Shown: positions 10,124 through 21,414 of the stretch, piece by piece
Layout: the number at the start of each line of letters is the position of its first letter
Position numbering within the stretch: position 1 is the first letter of the stretch
Sequence record: DRR723986_8621
DNA length: 45,940 bases
Strand: one strand, 5' to 3'
The notes under the pieces: generated by a model
Seen by the model: the letters and a program-made list of their open reading frames with translations, nothing else
Database searches by the model: none
Told to the model about the DNA's origin: nothing
Translations under genes and position numbers: made by a program

Positions 10124-10564
10124 ATGGCTGTTTCCTACCGTGAAATGAACCAGGCAGCTATTGATGAGCTGCTTTCAGCGCCGAGGTTTGGCGTGCTGGG
10201 AACCAATCGCAAGAACGGTCCACCGCAACTCACCCCGGTCTGGTACCTGTATGAGGCTGGGCGGATTTATGTGTCCATGACGGTGGACAGTTACAAATAC
10301 CGTAACCTGCTGCGCGATCCGCGGGCCACCCTATGTATCAGTGCTGAGCATCCCGACGCGCGGGCGGTCGTGTTCAGCGGTTCCGTGGAGTTGCATCTGC
10401 AGCGCGGCGAGCCGTGGGTAGAGGACATTGCCTGGCGAATTGTGCGCCGTTATTACGACACCGACCAGCAGGCCCGTGATTATCTCGAGTCCGATGTTGG
10501 TGACGGCGAAAATGCGCTAGCGGTTCTGCTCCCGGACCGGGTCATGGCGCACGACTACAACTAA
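10124..10564 (+). CDS. Pyridoxamine 5'-phosphate oxidase-like split-barrel flavin/deazaflavin oxidoreductase (PPOX class)
   Basis: GVLGT...GPPQLTPVWY and KYRNLLRDPRATL motifs; 146 aa. Confidence 0.8.
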   Translation: MAVSYREMNQAAIDELLSAPRFGVLGTNRKNGPPQLTPVWYLYEAGRIYVSMTVDSYKYRNLLRDPRATLCISAEHPDARAVVFSGSVELHLQRGEPWVEDIAWRIVRRYYDTDQQARDYLESDVGDGENALAVLLPDRVMAHDYN

Positions 10565-10715
10565 TCGCTGGGCAGGCAGCTGGATCCGTCGTGGTCGCTT
10601 GTGCTGTCGGGCTGTCAGGGTTACGGTTACCCAGCCGTAAGCAACTATAACGATAAACAACTTATATACCGTGGCGGCGCGAGACCTGCTGCCGTCTACG
10701 AGTGGAGGAAGACGC

Positions 10716-13700
10716 ATGTCCTTTGCTTCTCCTGTGGCGATACGCCGCATCTGCGTGGCCCTGTTACTGGTCGCCGTTACGTACAGCTGCGGCGATGGCA
10801 GCAATCATCGCACCGTTAAGCCGGACCCTGAGCTGCCGATCCTGCCGCCGGCGCCGCTGCTTTCCGCTCGGGAGGCGATCGGCGATAGCGACTTGTTGGC
10901 GGGTCCACTCGCCCGGGGCCGGATCGGCGATTACGTGCTGGAGAACGAACTGCTGCGCGTGATCATCCAGCGCCCGGGTCGCCAATGGCTTGGGGTGGGC
11001 ACTTACGGCGGCAATATTATCGATGCCGGTGCAGTGACCGAGGATGGCGACTTCCTGCCCGACCACCTCGAGGAATTTGTGGTGGGCATTAATGTCGAGA
11101 ACACCCCGAATTACACCGAGGTCAGGGTAGAGAGTGATGGCAGTGATGGGGAGGCGGCTATTATCTGTGCCGCCGGTCCGGATGATCTGCTCGAATACGC
11201 CAACGCGAGTTCGGCAATCCGTGGGCTGGGTTTCCAGTTCCCTGACTCTGCCGATGACCGGGACCTCCCCCTCGAAATAGAGACCTGTTACACCCTGCGC
11301 GCAGATCAGGCCTATATCACCATGGATACGGTGCTGCGCAATACCAGTAGCGAAGAACTCGCCCTGTACCACGTGGAATACCTCAGTGGCTCCGGGCAGG
11401 TAGAGGCATTCCAGCCGCGCGCGGGATTTGGAGAACCCCAGATTACGCCGTCCTGTCCCGAGGAGAGCCGGGTGGCCTGTTCCTCGGCGGATGACGGCCT
11501 CTGCGACCAGTGTAATTTTCTCGCTTACGCGGGGATAGATGGGGCTGCCGGAGTGAGCTACGGCCTGATCCATGAGACGCCCGGTACCAGCAGTTTCGCT
11601 ACCTCAGGGATATCCGTGCTGGTGTTGGGCCAGAACCTGTTTGATTTGCTGCTGGGTTTATCAGATGCCAATTTTATTGTGCCTGCTGAGGGTGAGCTTA
11701 CCTTGCGCAGATACTTTGCCGTCGGTGATGGCACGGTCGCGAGTATTGCAGATATCCGCGATGAGTTATTCGGAATAGAGACCGGGGAGCTCGCGGGCCA
11801 GGTAAGCAGTGGCGGAGAAGCGATCGCCGGTGCACAGGTGGCCGTCTATCGCGAACTCGACGGGCGTACCGAGCCACCGAGCCTGTTCATGGCCGGGCAT
11901 ACGCGCAGCGACGAGGAGGGTAACTACAGCCTGCGGGTGCCGCCGGGCGAGTACCTCGTGCGAGCGAACAAGGATGGCTTCCCGTTTCCTGAGGACGACC
12001 CGTTTGCAGTCGCGATCGAAAGTGGCGTCCGGGTAGAGCGGGCTATTGAATTACCATCCCCGGGATTTCTGGAGGTCACTGTCCTGGATGACCTGGGGCC
12101 CGGTCCGGCCAAGCTGCAACTGGTGGGTTTCGACCCAAGCCCGCCGCTGGAGAACCGGGTGCAATTCTTCGATGCCGGCGTCTTTGGCGACGTCAATGCA
12201 GATGGGCTGCCGTTCGGCATCGCCTTCGTGTCGTTTATCGACCGCACGGGTGACAGTGGGAGGCTGGTGGTGGAACCCGGCGACTATGAATTGGTGCTGT
12301 CCCGTGGTCCTCGCTACTCGGCGTATCGCCAGCGCATCACGATTACACCGGGGCAGGTCACGGTCGTGCAGGGTGAGTTGGTCAAACTGGTCGATACCCC
12401 CGGATTTGTGCACGGTGATTTCCATGTCCATGGCATCGACAGCCCGGATTCGGAGGTGACGCGCGAAGAGCGGGTGGCAAGCTACCTGGCTGAGGGCATG
12501 GATTTCTTTACCCCTTCTGAACACGGCAGTCGGGTCGACTTTACCCCGACCCTGGAAGCCATGGGTGTCACTGACCTGTTGGCGACGGCCACCAACAGCG
12601 AGAGCACAACCTTTGACTACGGGCATTTCAACAGCTGGCCGCTCACTATCGACCCTGATTCACTCAGCGGTGGAACGGTGGACTGGGGCCGTGAGGCGCC
12701 GCCGGGAATGGATTTCCCCGAGTACGGCAGCTACAACCTGTCGCCGGCTGAAATTATCGAAGGACTGGCAGCCGACCCGAAGGGCAACGTGGTCCAGATC
12801 AACCATACGGCCTCCTTCTTTAGCGCGGAGGGACTGGGTATCGATACCGGACTCACGCCGCCGCAGTCGACGGTTGATGTCGTGACCCGGCGACTTGATC
12901 CAGCCCTGGCTAACGGCTTCGACGACGGCTTCGATACGCTGGAGGTCTGGATAGGTACCAATGGTCGCGGCGGCATTTTCGGGCAGTTTCTCGGCCAGAA
13001 CGCCGGTGACTGGTTCAACCTGCTCAATCAGGGGATTGTGCGTTTTGGTACCGCCAACTCGGACTCCCACAATCGCCGCTTCACCGGGCTGTCGGCGCGC
13101 AACCTGATCGCGAGCGAGATTTCCGCGCCGGGAGAGTTGGCCACTGAGGCAGAACGGCTGGCCGCGTCGGTTCGTGCGGGGCGCAGCATTGGCAGCAACG
13201 CCCCTTTCCTGCTGCTTACCGCCGAGGGTCGTTTCGCTGGACAGCCCCAGGTGGCGGGCCTCGCAACAGGACAGGATACGACCATCCCGCTGGACCCCAA
13301 TACACCGCTAGCCGTCTCGGTTCGTGTACAAACCCCGGGCTGGGCCCGAGTCGATCGGCTCGAGTTCTATATCAACTCGCGCACCGTGCCGAGGGAGGAG
13401 GGGGGCAGCCGCCGTTACGGCATTTGCGCCGACCTGGTTGTTGCGGCGGGCTCGCCGGACTGGACTGAGAAAGATGTTGTGGTCAATGAGCGGGTTGCCG
13501 GGGCAATCCGGCAGGAAGTGGAGGTTACGGTCAGTCTGCCGTCGCTTCCGGCGGATAGCTGGATCGTGGCCATCGCGCGCGGCAGCGACGGTGTGAGTTC
13601 GCCCCTGTTCCCGGTGCTTCCTGCGAGTCTTGATCAGCAGGGTAACGAGACCCTCGAGGATCTTGTCGACGGTAACGTAGGCCAGGGCGGCGTGCCGGCC

Positions 13701-13790
13701 TTTGCGTTCAGTAATCCCTTGTTTATTGATCTTGGCGGTGACGGCTGGCAGGCACCCGGGGTCAGTACGGGCAGCTGCGAGGACGGCTGA
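10716..13790 (+). CDS. Large lipoprotein with a carboxypeptidase-regulatory-like beta domain and PHP-type (CehA/McbA-like) metallohydrolase domain
   Basis: ATG 10716 follows a GGAGG SD. Signal peptide ends VTYS-C. GQV..G.AIAGAQV...SDEEGNY...PPGEY is a beta-sandwich pattern. Metal ligands GDFHVH, SEH, QINH and NSDSH. Confidence 0.75.
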   Translation: MSFASPVAIRRICVALLLVAVTYSCGDGSNHRTVKPDPELPILPPAPLLSAREAIGDSDLLAGPLARGRIGDYVLENELLRVIIQRPGRQWLGVGTYGGNIIDAGAVTEDGDFLPDHLEEFVVGINVENTPNYTEVRVESDGSDGEAAIICAAGPDDLLEYANASSAIRGLGFQFPDSADDRDLPLEIETCYTLRADQAYITMDTVLRNTSSEELALYHVEYLSGSGQVEAFQPRAGFGEPQITPSCPEESRVACSSADDGLCDQCNFLAYAGIDGAAGVSYGLIHETPGTSSFATSGISVLVLGQNLFDLLLGLSDANFIVPAEGELTLRRYFAVGDGTVASIADIRDELFGIETGELAGQVSSGGEAIAGAQVAVYRELDGRTEPPSLFMAGHTRSDEEGNYSLRVPPGEYLVRANKDGFPFPEDDPFAVAIESGVRVERAIELPSPGFLEVTVLDDLGPGPAKLQLVGFDPSPPLENRVQFFDAGVFGDVNADGLPFGIAFVSFIDRTGDSGRLVVEPGDYELVLSRGPRYSAYRQRITITPGQVTVVQGELVKLVDTPGFVHGDFHVHGIDSPDSEVTREERVASYLAEGMDFFTPSEHGSRVDFTPTLEAMGVTDLLATATNSESTTFDYGHFNSWPLTIDPDSLSGGTVDWGREAPPGMDFPEYGSYNLSPAEIIEGLAADPKGNVVQINHTASFFSAEGLGIDTGLTPPQSTVDVVTRRLDPALANGFDDGFDTLEVWIGTNGRGGIFGQFLGQNAGDWFNLLNQGIVRFGTANSDSHNRRFTGLSARNLIASEISAPGELATEAERLAASVRAGRSIGSNAPFLLLTAEGRFAGQPQVAGLATGQDTTIPLDPNTPLAVSVRVQTPGWARVDRLEFYINSRTVPREEGGSRRYGICADLVVAAGSPDWTEKDVVVNERVAGAIRQEVEVTVSLPSLPADSWIVAIARGSDGVSSPLFPVLPASLDQQGNETLEDLVDGNVGQGGVPAFAFSNPLFIDLGGDGWQAPGVSTGSCEDG

Positions 13791-13862
13791 TTTCCTGGCT
13801 GCGGGTTTGCAACTGCCGACGCAGGGTGGCATAAGGGTGCCTGTTGACGACAGGAGAAGACC

Positions 13863-15398
13863 ATGAATTCACAGGCGACGGCAACTGGCGCCCCGGAGGC
13901 GGAGCCTGCGCTCGACTTTGTCGATGTGCTCATCGTGGGTGCCGGCATATCCGGTATCGGTATGGCCGTGCATCTGCGAAAGCAGTGTCCCGGGCGGAGC
14001 TTTACCTTGCTCGATCGTCGCGATGACATCGGCGGTACCTGGGATCTGTTCCAATACCCGGGTATCCGGTCTGACTCCGATATGCATACCCTGGGTTACA
14101 GCTTTGAACCCTGGACCGAACAGAAAGCCATCGCCGATGGCCCCTCGATCATCGACTACCTGCATCGGATAGAGCACAAATACGAACTCGAGCAGCATAT
14201 CCGCCTTGGGCACAAGGTGCTGTCGGCCAGCTGGTCCAGCGAGGACGCCTGCTGGACGGTGACCGCAGAAAAGTCCGATGGCAGCCAGGTCCGGATCCAG
14301 GCAGGGTTCCTGTTCATGGGCGCCGGCTACTACGACTACGACCAGCCCTACGACGCTGGAATTACCGGGCTGGCTGATTTCCAGGGCGAGGTCGTTCACC
14401 CACAGTTCTGGCCGCAGGATCTCGATTACAGTGACAAGCGCGTGGTGGTGATTGGTAGCGGTGCCACCGCCGTTACTATCGTGCCGGTTATGGCGCAGAC
14501 CGCGGCCCACGTGACGATGCTGCAGCGAACCCCCACCTGGTACGCCTCACAACCGTCGCGGGACTGGTTGGCCAACCTTATGCGCAGGATCATGCCTGAC
14601 ATGTGGGCCTACCGGATCACCCGTTTCAAAAACGTCTGGATGCAGCGCATCATCTTCCGCACCGCGCGCAATAATCCTCAGAAGATCATCAAGAAGCTGG
14701 AAAAGCCGATGAAGAAAGACCTCGGCGACAAGTACAGCAAGGAAGACTACACACCGCCCTACGGTCCCTGGGAGCAGCGGCTGTGCCTGGTGCCCGATGG
14801 CGACCTGTTCAAGTCCATTGCCGCGGGCGACGCGGAGATCAAGACCGGGCATATCGACACGGTAACCGCCGAGGGCATCCGGCTTAGCTCGGGGGAAACA
14901 CTCCCCGCTGACATCATTGTTACAGCAACCGGTCTGCGTCTGGCGGTCGCCGGCAAGGTGGCCTTCGATGTGGATGGTAAGCCGGTCAACTGGCCGGATC
15001 ATTATTACTATAAAGGCTGCATGTTCTCCGATATCCCCAACCTGTCGATGGTATTCGGCTACCTCGCTGCAAGCTGGACCTTGAAAGCGGATATCGTCTC
15101 CGGGTACACCTGTCGCCTGCTCAATCACATGGCGGCATCGGGCAAGCGGATAGCCAACCCGGTTCTCGGCAGGGAACTGGAACAGGAAGATTTGTTCGAT
15201 TTCTCCTCAGGCTACCTCACCCGCTCGCTGGACGAGTTACCCCGTAACAGCACGGCAATGCCGTGGAAACTCGGCCAGGATTACCTGACTGACAAGAAAG
15301 TCCTGCTGCAGGAGCCTGTCGCTGACGGGGTGCTGGTGTTTTCCAGCCCGGCCGATCAGGCCGCAGCGCCCGAGCCCGGTCTCCGGGCGGCAGGGTAG
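13863..15398 (+). CDS. Flavin-containing Baeyer-Villiger monooxygenase (EthA-like)
   Basis: GAGISG and GSGATA Rossmann motifs, GGTWDLFQYPGIRSDSD, BVMO fingerprint FQGEVVHPQFWP. Confidence 0.9.
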   Translation: MNSQATATGAPEAEPALDFVDVLIVGAGISGIGMAVHLRKQCPGRSFTLLDRRDDIGGTWDLFQYPGIRSDSDMHTLGYSFEPWTEQKAIADGPSIIDYLHRIEHKYELEQHIRLGHKVLSASWSSEDACWTVTAEKSDGSQVRIQAGFLFMGAGYYDYDQPYDAGITGLADFQGEVVHPQFWPQDLDYSDKRVVVIGSGATAVTIVPVMAQTAAHVTMLQRTPTWYASQPSRDWLANLMRRIMPDMWAYRITRFKNVWMQRIIFRTARNNPQKIIKKLEKPMKKDLGDKYSKEDYTPPYGPWEQRLCLVPDGDLFKSIAAGDAEIKTGHIDTVTAEGIRLSSGETLPADIIVTATGLRLAVAGKVAFDVDGKPVNWPDHYYYKGCMFSDIPNLSMVFGYLAASWTLKADIVSGYTCRLLNHMAASGKRIANPVLGRELEQEDLFDFSSGYLTRSLDELPRNSTAMPWKLGQDYLTDKKVLLQEPVADGVLVFSSPADQAAAPEPGLRAAG

Positions 15399-15431
15399 TG
15401 GCCCCGCGCCCGCGTTGCATTTGACCACCCG

Positions 15432-15890
15432 ATGACCCGGCTTCCCGACGATAGCTACTGGATGGAGCGAGCGCTGGTGCTCGCGGCCGAGGGCGGCGCT
15501 CGCGATGAGGTACCCGTTGGCGCCGTGGTAGTGCGTGAGGGGCAATGTCTCGGTGAGGGTTATAACCAGGTGATAAGCGCTGCGGACCCTACGGCCCACG
15601 CGGAGATCGTAGCCTTGCGCCAGGCGGCCGCCGGAGTCGGCAACTACCGCCTGCCCGGTTCAACCCTGTACGTCACCCTGGAGCCCTGCACGATGTGCGC
15701 CGGCGCTATGATTCACGCGCGGGTTGAGCGTCTGGTATTTGCTGCCCGGGAACCTCGCGCTGGCGCGGTTTGCAGCACCTGCAGCCTGCTCGATGCGGCG
15801 CACTATAACCACCGCGTGGTCTGGGAGGAGGGGCCGCTCTCAGAGCAGAGTGCGCGCCTGTTACAGGACTTTTTCCGCGCCAGGCGCTGA
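15432..15890 (+). CDS. tadA: tRNA adenosine(34) deaminase
   Basis: EVPVGAV, DPTAHAE, TLEPCTMC, C-terminal FFRARR; adjacent to mltF and purL. Confidence 0.95.
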   Translation: MTRLPDDSYWMERALVLAAEGGARDEVPVGAVVVREGQCLGEGYNQVISAADPTAHAEIVALRQAAAGVGNYRLPGSTLYVTLEPCTMCAGAMIHARVERLVFAAREPRAGAVCSTCSLLDAAHYNHRVVWEEGPLSEQSARLLQDFFRARR

Positions 15891-15892
15891 GC

Positions 15893-17329
15893 TTACAGGG
15901 CCCGCAGCCCGTTACCGCTAACACTGTCCGGTACGAAGGCTTCCAGCGCCAGCGGCGGCTGCGCCTGCAGGTCCGGAATATCCTGCCATTGCAGGATGTT
16001 GTAGTAGTGGCGGATGTTCTGCACGTAGGTCACCGCCTCCTGGCCCCGGGCATAACCGTAGCGCGTCTCCAGGTAATGGGGGCTTTTCTGCAGCAGCGGC
16101 AGATGTTCCATGAGGTCCTGCCAGAGATGCGGGTCGCCACCGCGGCGCTCCGTCAGCACCCGACCATCTTCCAGGTGGCCCAGGCCGATATTGTAGGCCG
16201 CCAGGGCCAGCCAGGTGCGATCGGGCTCGTGGATATCGCGGGGCAGGCGGCGTTTCATGTTCTTGAAGTAGCGTGCGCCACCGCGCAGGCTCTCCCGCGG
16301 GTCGGTGCGGTTTTTTACTCCCACCTCGCGCGCGGTTGCATTGGTCAGCATCATCATCCCCTGCACGCCGGTGGGTGATTCTGCTGTCGGATCCCAGTGT
16401 GATTCCTGGTAGGCGATGGCCGCCAGCAGGTGCCAGTCCAGTTGGTATTCCTCTGCCACTTCCCGGATCAGGTCCCGGTACTCCGGCAGCCGGCTGCGCA
16501 TATTCATGGCAAAGGTGTGCGAGCCAATGCGGTTGACCGTATCCGCGTGCCCGAAGTTCAGGTCCTCCAGTCGCGCCAGAGTGCCGTTTTCGCGCAAATT
16601 GCCAAGGAAGTCGTTGATTTCTTGCTGCAGGTCCGACGCATCGCCGTTGCCGGCCAGGTACCACACCAGGTCCTGCTCGGAGCCGAGGTCGAAACCGACT
16701 TTCAGGCGAGGGTACAGGCTTTGCTGCACGCTGAACTCATTGGAGTCGACAATGGCCACATCGGCTTCACCGGCGTCGATCAACTCCAGAAGCACCATAG
16801 AGTCGACGCCCTCCACCTCTTGCCACTCCAGCGAGGGGAACCCGGTTTCTCGCAGCGCAGCCATGGCGCTGGCATGGCTGCTGCCGCGCAGGACGACCAG
16901 GCGTCGGCCCTGCAGGTCCTCGATTTCACGGGGGCGCCGTTTGCCGGCCCGATAGATTGCCTGGGGCCGGATGCTGGCATAGGCGGTGGAGTGGGCATAG
17001 CGGGCCTCCCGCTCTCCGGTCAGGGTGAGCCCGGCGGCTGCAAGATCGGCCTCGCCCCGGTCGAGGCTGGTGAAGATGTCATCCAGGCTGAACGCAAGCT
17101 GTACCCGCAGCTCCACCCCAAGATCCTCCGCCAGCAGCCGCGCAAGGTCGTACTCGAAGCCGGCCTCGCCGCCGTCTTCCTGGTAATAGGTCGTGGGGCT
17201 GCTGCGGGTCACCACCACCAGCTCGCCCCGCTGCTGTATCTGCTGGAGGCGATCCGGGTCGGCACAGGCTGCCAGCCCGCCAACAAGGACCAGCCACAGG
17301 GCAATCTTGGTCAATTTGCTCCCTCGCAT
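15893..17329 (-). CDS. mltF: Membrane-bound lytic murein transglycosylase F
   Basis: N-terminal substrate-binding-protein domain (GFEYDLA) plus SLT domain (AYQESHW, GMMMLT, AAYNIG, YGYARG.EAV.YV.NI); divergent from purL. Confidence 0.95.
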   Translation of the reverse strand: MRGSKLTKIALWLVLVGGLAACADPDRLQQIQQRGELVVVTRSSPTTYYQEDGGEAGFEYDLARLLAEDLGVELRVQLAFSLDDIFTSLDRGEADLAAAGLTLTGEREARYAHSTAYASIRPQAIYRAGKRRPREIEDLQGRRLVVLRGSSHASAMAALRETGFPSLEWQEVEGVDSMVLLELIDAGEADVAIVDSNEFSVQQSLYPRLKVGFDLGSEQDLVWYLAGNGDASDLQQEINDFLGNLRENGTLARLEDLNFGHADTVNRIGSHTFAMNMRSRLPEYRDLIREVAEEYQLDWHLLAAIAYQESHWDPTAESPTGVQGMMMLTNATAREVGVKNRTDPRESLRGGARYFKNMKRRLPRDIHEPDRTWLALAAYNIGLGHLEDGRVLTERRGGDPHLWQDLMEHLPLLQKSPHYLETRYGYARGQEAVTYVQNIRHYYNILQWQDIPDLQAQPPLALEAFVPDSVSGNGLRAL

Positions 17330-17401
17330 GGCCTGATTCTAGCCCCAATCCGGCCGCTGAGGCTGCGGCACAATTACCGTGGCCTAAACCCCGGAATTCG
17401 G

Positions 17402-17430
17402 TTAACGATGTCGCTGCAAGCCGGTACAAT
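17402..17430 (+). promoter_or_regulatory. Putative sigma70 promoter of purL
   Basis: TTAACG (17402-17407), 17-bp spacer, TACAAT (17425-17430). Confidence 0.55.
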
Positions 17431-17470
17431 ACTGCCCTTCTCGAATTCCCCCGCTGGAGCGCTGTACTGC

Positions 17471-20400
17471 ATGCTCATCCTCCCCGGATTGCCGGCACTG
17501 TCCGCTTTTCGCCTGGCCAAGCTGGGCCGTAAACTGGGCGCTATTCACCCGGACATTCACCTGCTGCACACGGCTTACATGCATTTCGCCGACCTCGAGG
17601 CGGAGCTGTCGCCCCCTGAGCAGGAGATACTGCAGAGTTTGCTGGAATACGGCCCCGGGAGCGGGGTCCTCCACGGGGCGCAGTCCGGTGACCCCGGTGA
17701 TGAAACTTTGCTGCTGGTCGTTCCCCGCCCGGGGACTATTTCGCCCTGGTCGAGCAAGGCCACGGATATTGCCCACAGTTGCGGTCTGGACAAGGTCCGG
17801 CGCCTCGAGCGAGGGCTCGCCTACACCCTGGCTCTGCCGGCAAACGCCACCCCGGATATCCGGCGGCAGGTTGCCGAACTGCTGCATGACCGCATGACCG
17901 AGGCAGTGTTGACCGATGCCGGTGAGGCGGCGAGCCTGTTTCACCGTGCCGCGCCGGCGGCCATGACCCAGGTCGACGTACTGGCCGGGGGGCGCGATGC
18001 TCTGCAGCGGGCCGATCGGGAACTGGGCCTGGCCCTGGCGGGCGATGAGATCGACTATCTCGTGGACAGCTTCATCGCCCTGGGTCGCAATCCCAATGAC
18101 GTCGAACTGATGATGTTTGCCCAGGCCAACTCGGAACACTGCCGGCACAAGATTTTTAATGCCAGCTGGACTATCGACGGGGAAGACCAGCCGCTGTCGC
18201 TGTTCAAGATGATCCGCAACACCCACGAACAGGGTGGGGAAGGGGTCCTGTCCGCTTATTCCGACAATGCTGCCGTGGTGACCGGTCACCGGGCCGGGCG
18301 CTTCTACCCCGACCCCCAGACCGGCGAGTACGGCTTCTCCAGCGAGGATATCCACCTGTTAATGAAGGTGGAAACTCACAACCATCCCACCGCCATAGCG
18401 CCTTTCCCCGGTGCCGGTACCGGCTCCGGTGGCGAGATTCGCGATGAGGGGGCCGTGGGGCGTGGCTCCAAGCCCAAGGTGGGCCTTACCGGCTTCTCCG
18501 TTTCCAATCTTCGCATACCCGATTTCCAGCAGCCCTGGGAAATGGAGTACGGCAAACCCGGAAGAATCGTCTCCGCGCTGGACATCATGCTCGAGGGGCC
18601 GATCGGTGGTGCCGCCTTCAATAACGAGTTCGGTCGCCCCAACCTGTGCGGTTATTTTCGCAGCTTCGAGCTGCCGGCTCCCGGGCCTGAAGGCGTCGAG
18701 GTGCGGGGCTACCACAAGCCCATCATGATTGCCGGTGGCTACGGTAATATCCGCGGCGAACACGTGGAGAAAGGCACGTTTCATCCCGGCGCGAAACTGA
18801 TTGTGCTCGGCGGGCCCGCGATGCTGATCGGTCTCGGCGGCGGGGCGGCGTCTTCCATGGCCAGCGGATCCAGTCACGAAGACCTCGATTTCGCCTCGGT
18901 CCAGCGCCAGAACCCGGAAATGGAGCGTCGCTGCCAGGAGGTTATCGATCGCTGCTGGCAACTGGGCGAGGATAACCCGATTGCCTTCATCCATGATGTT
19001 GGCGCTGGTGGCCTGTCCAACGCGCTGCCGGAACTGGTCAAGGACGGCGGCCGCGGCGGGCGCTTCGAACTGCGTGCGGTGCCCAACGATGAGCCCGGGA
19101 TGTCGCCGCTGGAGATCTGGTGCAACGAGTCCCAGGAACGCTATGTCATGGCGGTGGAGCCGGACAACCTGGCACGCTTTGAAGCGATTTGCGCCCGCGA
19201 GCGCTGCCCCTTCGCGGTAGTGGGCGAGGCGACGGCGGAACAGCACCTGGCTCTCGCCGATGCGGAATTCGGCAATGCCCCGGTTGACCTGCCCATGTCG
19301 GTGTTATTCGGCAAGCCGCCCAAGATGCACCGCAGTGCCAGTCGCGCGCAAATTGCCCACAGTCCCTTGCAGGTAAACCCGGAACCCGCTGATGCCCTGG
19401 AGCGGGTGTTGCAGCTGCCGACAGTGGCGAGCAAGCAGTTTCTTATTACCATCGGTGATCGCACCGTGACCGGCATGGTCGCGCGTGACCAGATGGTCGG
19501 TCCCTGGCAGGTACCGGTGGCGGATTGTGCGGTGACCACCGTGTCTTATGACAGCCACGCGGGGGAAGCCATGGCTATGGGTGAACGCACCCCGCTGGCA
19601 CTGCTGGACGGCCCGGCCTCGGGCCGCATGGCGGTGGCAGAGGCGATCACCAATATCGCTGCCGCGCCAATTGCCCGGCTCGCCGATGTGCGCCTGTCCG
19701 CCAACTGGATGTGTGCTGCCGGGCATGGCGCCGAAGATGCGATCCTGTTTGATACGGTGCGCGCGGTGGGCATGGATTTCTGCCCGGCACTGGGAATTAC
19801 CATCCCGGTTGGCAAGGACTCCATGTCCATGCGCACTACCTGGGAGCAGGACGGTGAGCAGCGTGCGGTTACCGCACCGGTGTCGCTGGTCGTGTCGGCA
19901 TTTGCCCCGGTCCTTGATGCCCGGCTGGTCGCCACCCCGCAACTCGACAGCGCTCATGACCAGCACTTGCTGCTGCTCGATCTTGGCCGTGGCGCCAACC
20001 GGCTGGGCGGCTCCGCCCTGGCCCAGGTGTATGGTGAACTGGGTGACCGGGCACCGGACATCGAGAATCCGGCCGACCTGGCCGCGTTTTTCGAGTTCGT
20101 CCAGGGCCTGCTGCAGGATGGCCTGCTGCAGGCCTACCACGATCGCTCCGACGGTGGCCTGGCTGTCACCCTGCTGGAAATGGCCTTCGCCGGGCACTGT
20201 GGCCTGGAAGTGGATCTGGCGGCTTTGTCAGGCAGCACCCTCGAGAAGCTGTTCACGGAGGAGGCTGGTGCCGTGTTGCAGGTGTCCGCCGCCCAGTTGG
20301 ACAACTGCCGCGAGCGCGCCGCAGCGCTGGGCATCGCCGACTGCCTGCACGTTATTGGCAGGGCCGTCCCGGGGGATGAGGTCCGGATCCTCAATGGCAG

Positions 20401-21376
20401 CGAAACTGTGCTGCAGGACAGCCGCGCACGCCTGCAACAGCTGTGGGCGCGCACCAGTTTTGAAATCCAGGCGCTACGCGATAACCCCGAGTGCGCCGCA
20501 GAGGAGTTCGCGGCCCTGGCGGAAGAGGATCCCGGTCTCTCGGTCAGTCTGAGTTTTGACCCGGACGAGGACATTGCTGCACCGTATATTGCCCGCGGCG
20601 TGCGTCCCGCGGTGGCGATCCTGCGGGAGCAAGGCGTCAATGGGCAGGTAGAGATGGCGGCGGCATTTCACCGGGCCGGCTTTGCGGTGCACGACGTGCA
20701 TATGAGCGATCTGCTCTCCGGCCGACGCGACCTGACGGCTTTCAAGGGTCTGGTCGCCTGTGGCGGTTTTTCCTTCGGTGACGTGCTGGGTGCGGGTGAG
20801 GGCTGGGCCAAGAGTATTCGCTTCAACGAACCGCTGCGGGAGCAGTTCAGCCAGTTCTTCCATCGCGCCGATACCTTCACCTTGGGCGTCTGTAACGGCT
20901 GTCAGATGGTGTCCACGCTCAAGGATCTCATTCCCGGGGCGGAGCACTGGCCGCGCTTCCTGCGCAATCGTTCCGAGCAGTTCGAGGCGCGGTTTGCCCT
21001 GGTGCGGGTCGAGGAGTCGCCGTCGCTGCTGTTGCAGGGCATGGCGGGATCACACCTGCCGATCGCGGTGGCGCACGGTGAAGGCCGGGCGGAGTTTGCC
21101 GACGAGCAGGCGGGGGTGGATTGCGAGGCCGCAGGCCTGGTGTCCATGCGCTACCTCGACAACGCGCTGCAGGTCACCGAGCGCTACCCGGCCAATCCAA
21201 ACGGTTCGCCAGCGGGCATTACCGGTCTGTGTAGCCTGGACGGTCGCGCGACCATCATGATGCCGCACCCGGAGCGGGTATTCCGCAGTGTCCAGTGCTC
21301 CTGGGCGCCGGGCGAATGGAGCGAAGATGGCGGCTGGATGCGCCTGTTTCGCAACGCCAGGCGCTGGCTGGACTGA
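17471..21376 (+). CDS. purL: Phosphoribosylformylglycinamidine synthase (large, fused type)
   Basis: Real start is ATG 17471 ([14 protein letters not shown]). Motifs [30 protein letters not shown] and MMPHPER. Confidence 0.98.
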   Translation: MLILPGLPALSAFRLAKLGRKLGAIHPDIHLLHTAYMHFADLEAELSPPEQEILQSLLEYGPGSGVLHGAQSGDPGDETLLLVVPRPGTISPWSSKATDIAHSCGLDKVRRLERGLAYTLALPANATPDIRRQVAELLHDRMTEAVLTDAGEAASLFHRAAPAAMTQVDVLAGGRDALQRADRELGLALAGDEIDYLVDSFIALGRNPNDVELMMFAQANSEHCRHKIFNASWTIDGEDQPLSLFKMIRNTHEQGGEGVLSAYSDNAAVVTGHRAGRFYPDPQTGEYGFSSEDIHLLMKVETHNHPTAIAPFPGAGTGSGGEIRDEGAVGRGSKPKVGLTGFSVSNLRIPDFQQPWEMEYGKPGRIVSALDIMLEGPIGGAAFNNEFGRPNLCGYFRSFELPAPGPEGVEVRGYHKPIMIAGGYGNIRGEHVEKGTFHPGAKLIVLGGPAMLIGLGGGAASSMASGSSHEDLDFASVQRQNPEMERRCQEVIDRCWQLGEDNPIAFIHDVGAGGLSNALPELVKDGGRGGRFELRAVPNDEPGMSPLEIWCNESQERYVMAVEPDNLARFEAICARERCPFAVVGEATAEQHLALADAEFGNAPVDLPMSVLFGKPPKMHRSASRAQIAHSPLQVNPEPADALERVLQLPTVASKQFLITIGDRTVTGMVARDQMVGPWQVPVADCAVTTVSYDSHAGEAMAMGERTPLALLDGPASGRMAVAEAITNIAAAPIARLADVRLSANWMCAAGHGAEDAILFDTVRAVGMDFCPALGITIPVGKDSMSMRTTWEQDGEQRAVTAPVSLVVSAFAPVLDARLVATPQLDSAHDQHLLLLDLGRGANRLGGSALAQVYGELGDRAPDIENPADLAAFFEFVQGLLQDGLLQAYHDRSDGGLAVTLLEMAFAGHCGLEVDLAALSGSTLEKLFTEEAGAVLQVSAAQLDNCRERAAALGIADCLHVIGRAVPGDEVRILNGSETVLQDSRARLQQLWARTSFEIQALRDNPECAAEEFAALAEEDPGLSVSLSFDPDEDIAAPYIARGVRPAVAILREQGVNGQVEMAAAFHRAGFAVHDVHMSDLLSGRRDLTAFKGLVACGGFSFGDVLGAGEGWAKSIRFNEPLREQFSQFFHRADTFTLGVCNGCQMVSTLKDLIPGAEHWPRFLRNRSEQFEARFALVRVEESPSLLLQGMAGSHLPIAVAHGEGRAEFADEQAGVDCEAAGLVSMRYLDNALQVTERYPANPNGSPAGITGLCSLDGRATIMMPHPERVFRSVQCSWAPGEWSEDGGWMRLFRNARRWLD

Positions 21377-21386
21377 CCAGGGCCCC

Positions 21387-21414
21387 TTGTGGGGTCCCGG
21401 CGTTACTTTATAAT
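21387..21414 (+). promoter_or_regulatory. Putative sigma70 promoter of secDF, overlapping a hairpin downstream of purL
   Basis: TTGTGG (21387-21392), 16 bp, TATAAT (21409-21414). Hairpin GGGCCCC-ttgt-GGGGTCCC at about 21380-21398. Confidence 0.45.

Noticed and set aside
10621-10640. Short inverted repeat TTACGG-N8-CCGTAA upstream of the metallohydrolase gene
   Set aside because: Only 6 perfect bp, with no U-tract and no adjacent regulator; not distinguishable from chance.
10089-15431. Prophage or integrative element at the guaA 3' end
   Set aside because: No integrase, transposase or direct repeat of GAGTGGGAATAA was found.
16430-17470. Apparent 347-aa N-terminal extension of PurL
   Set aside because: It is antisense to mltF. 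A promoter at 17402-17430 and the canonical PurL N-terminus at 17471 explain the gene.
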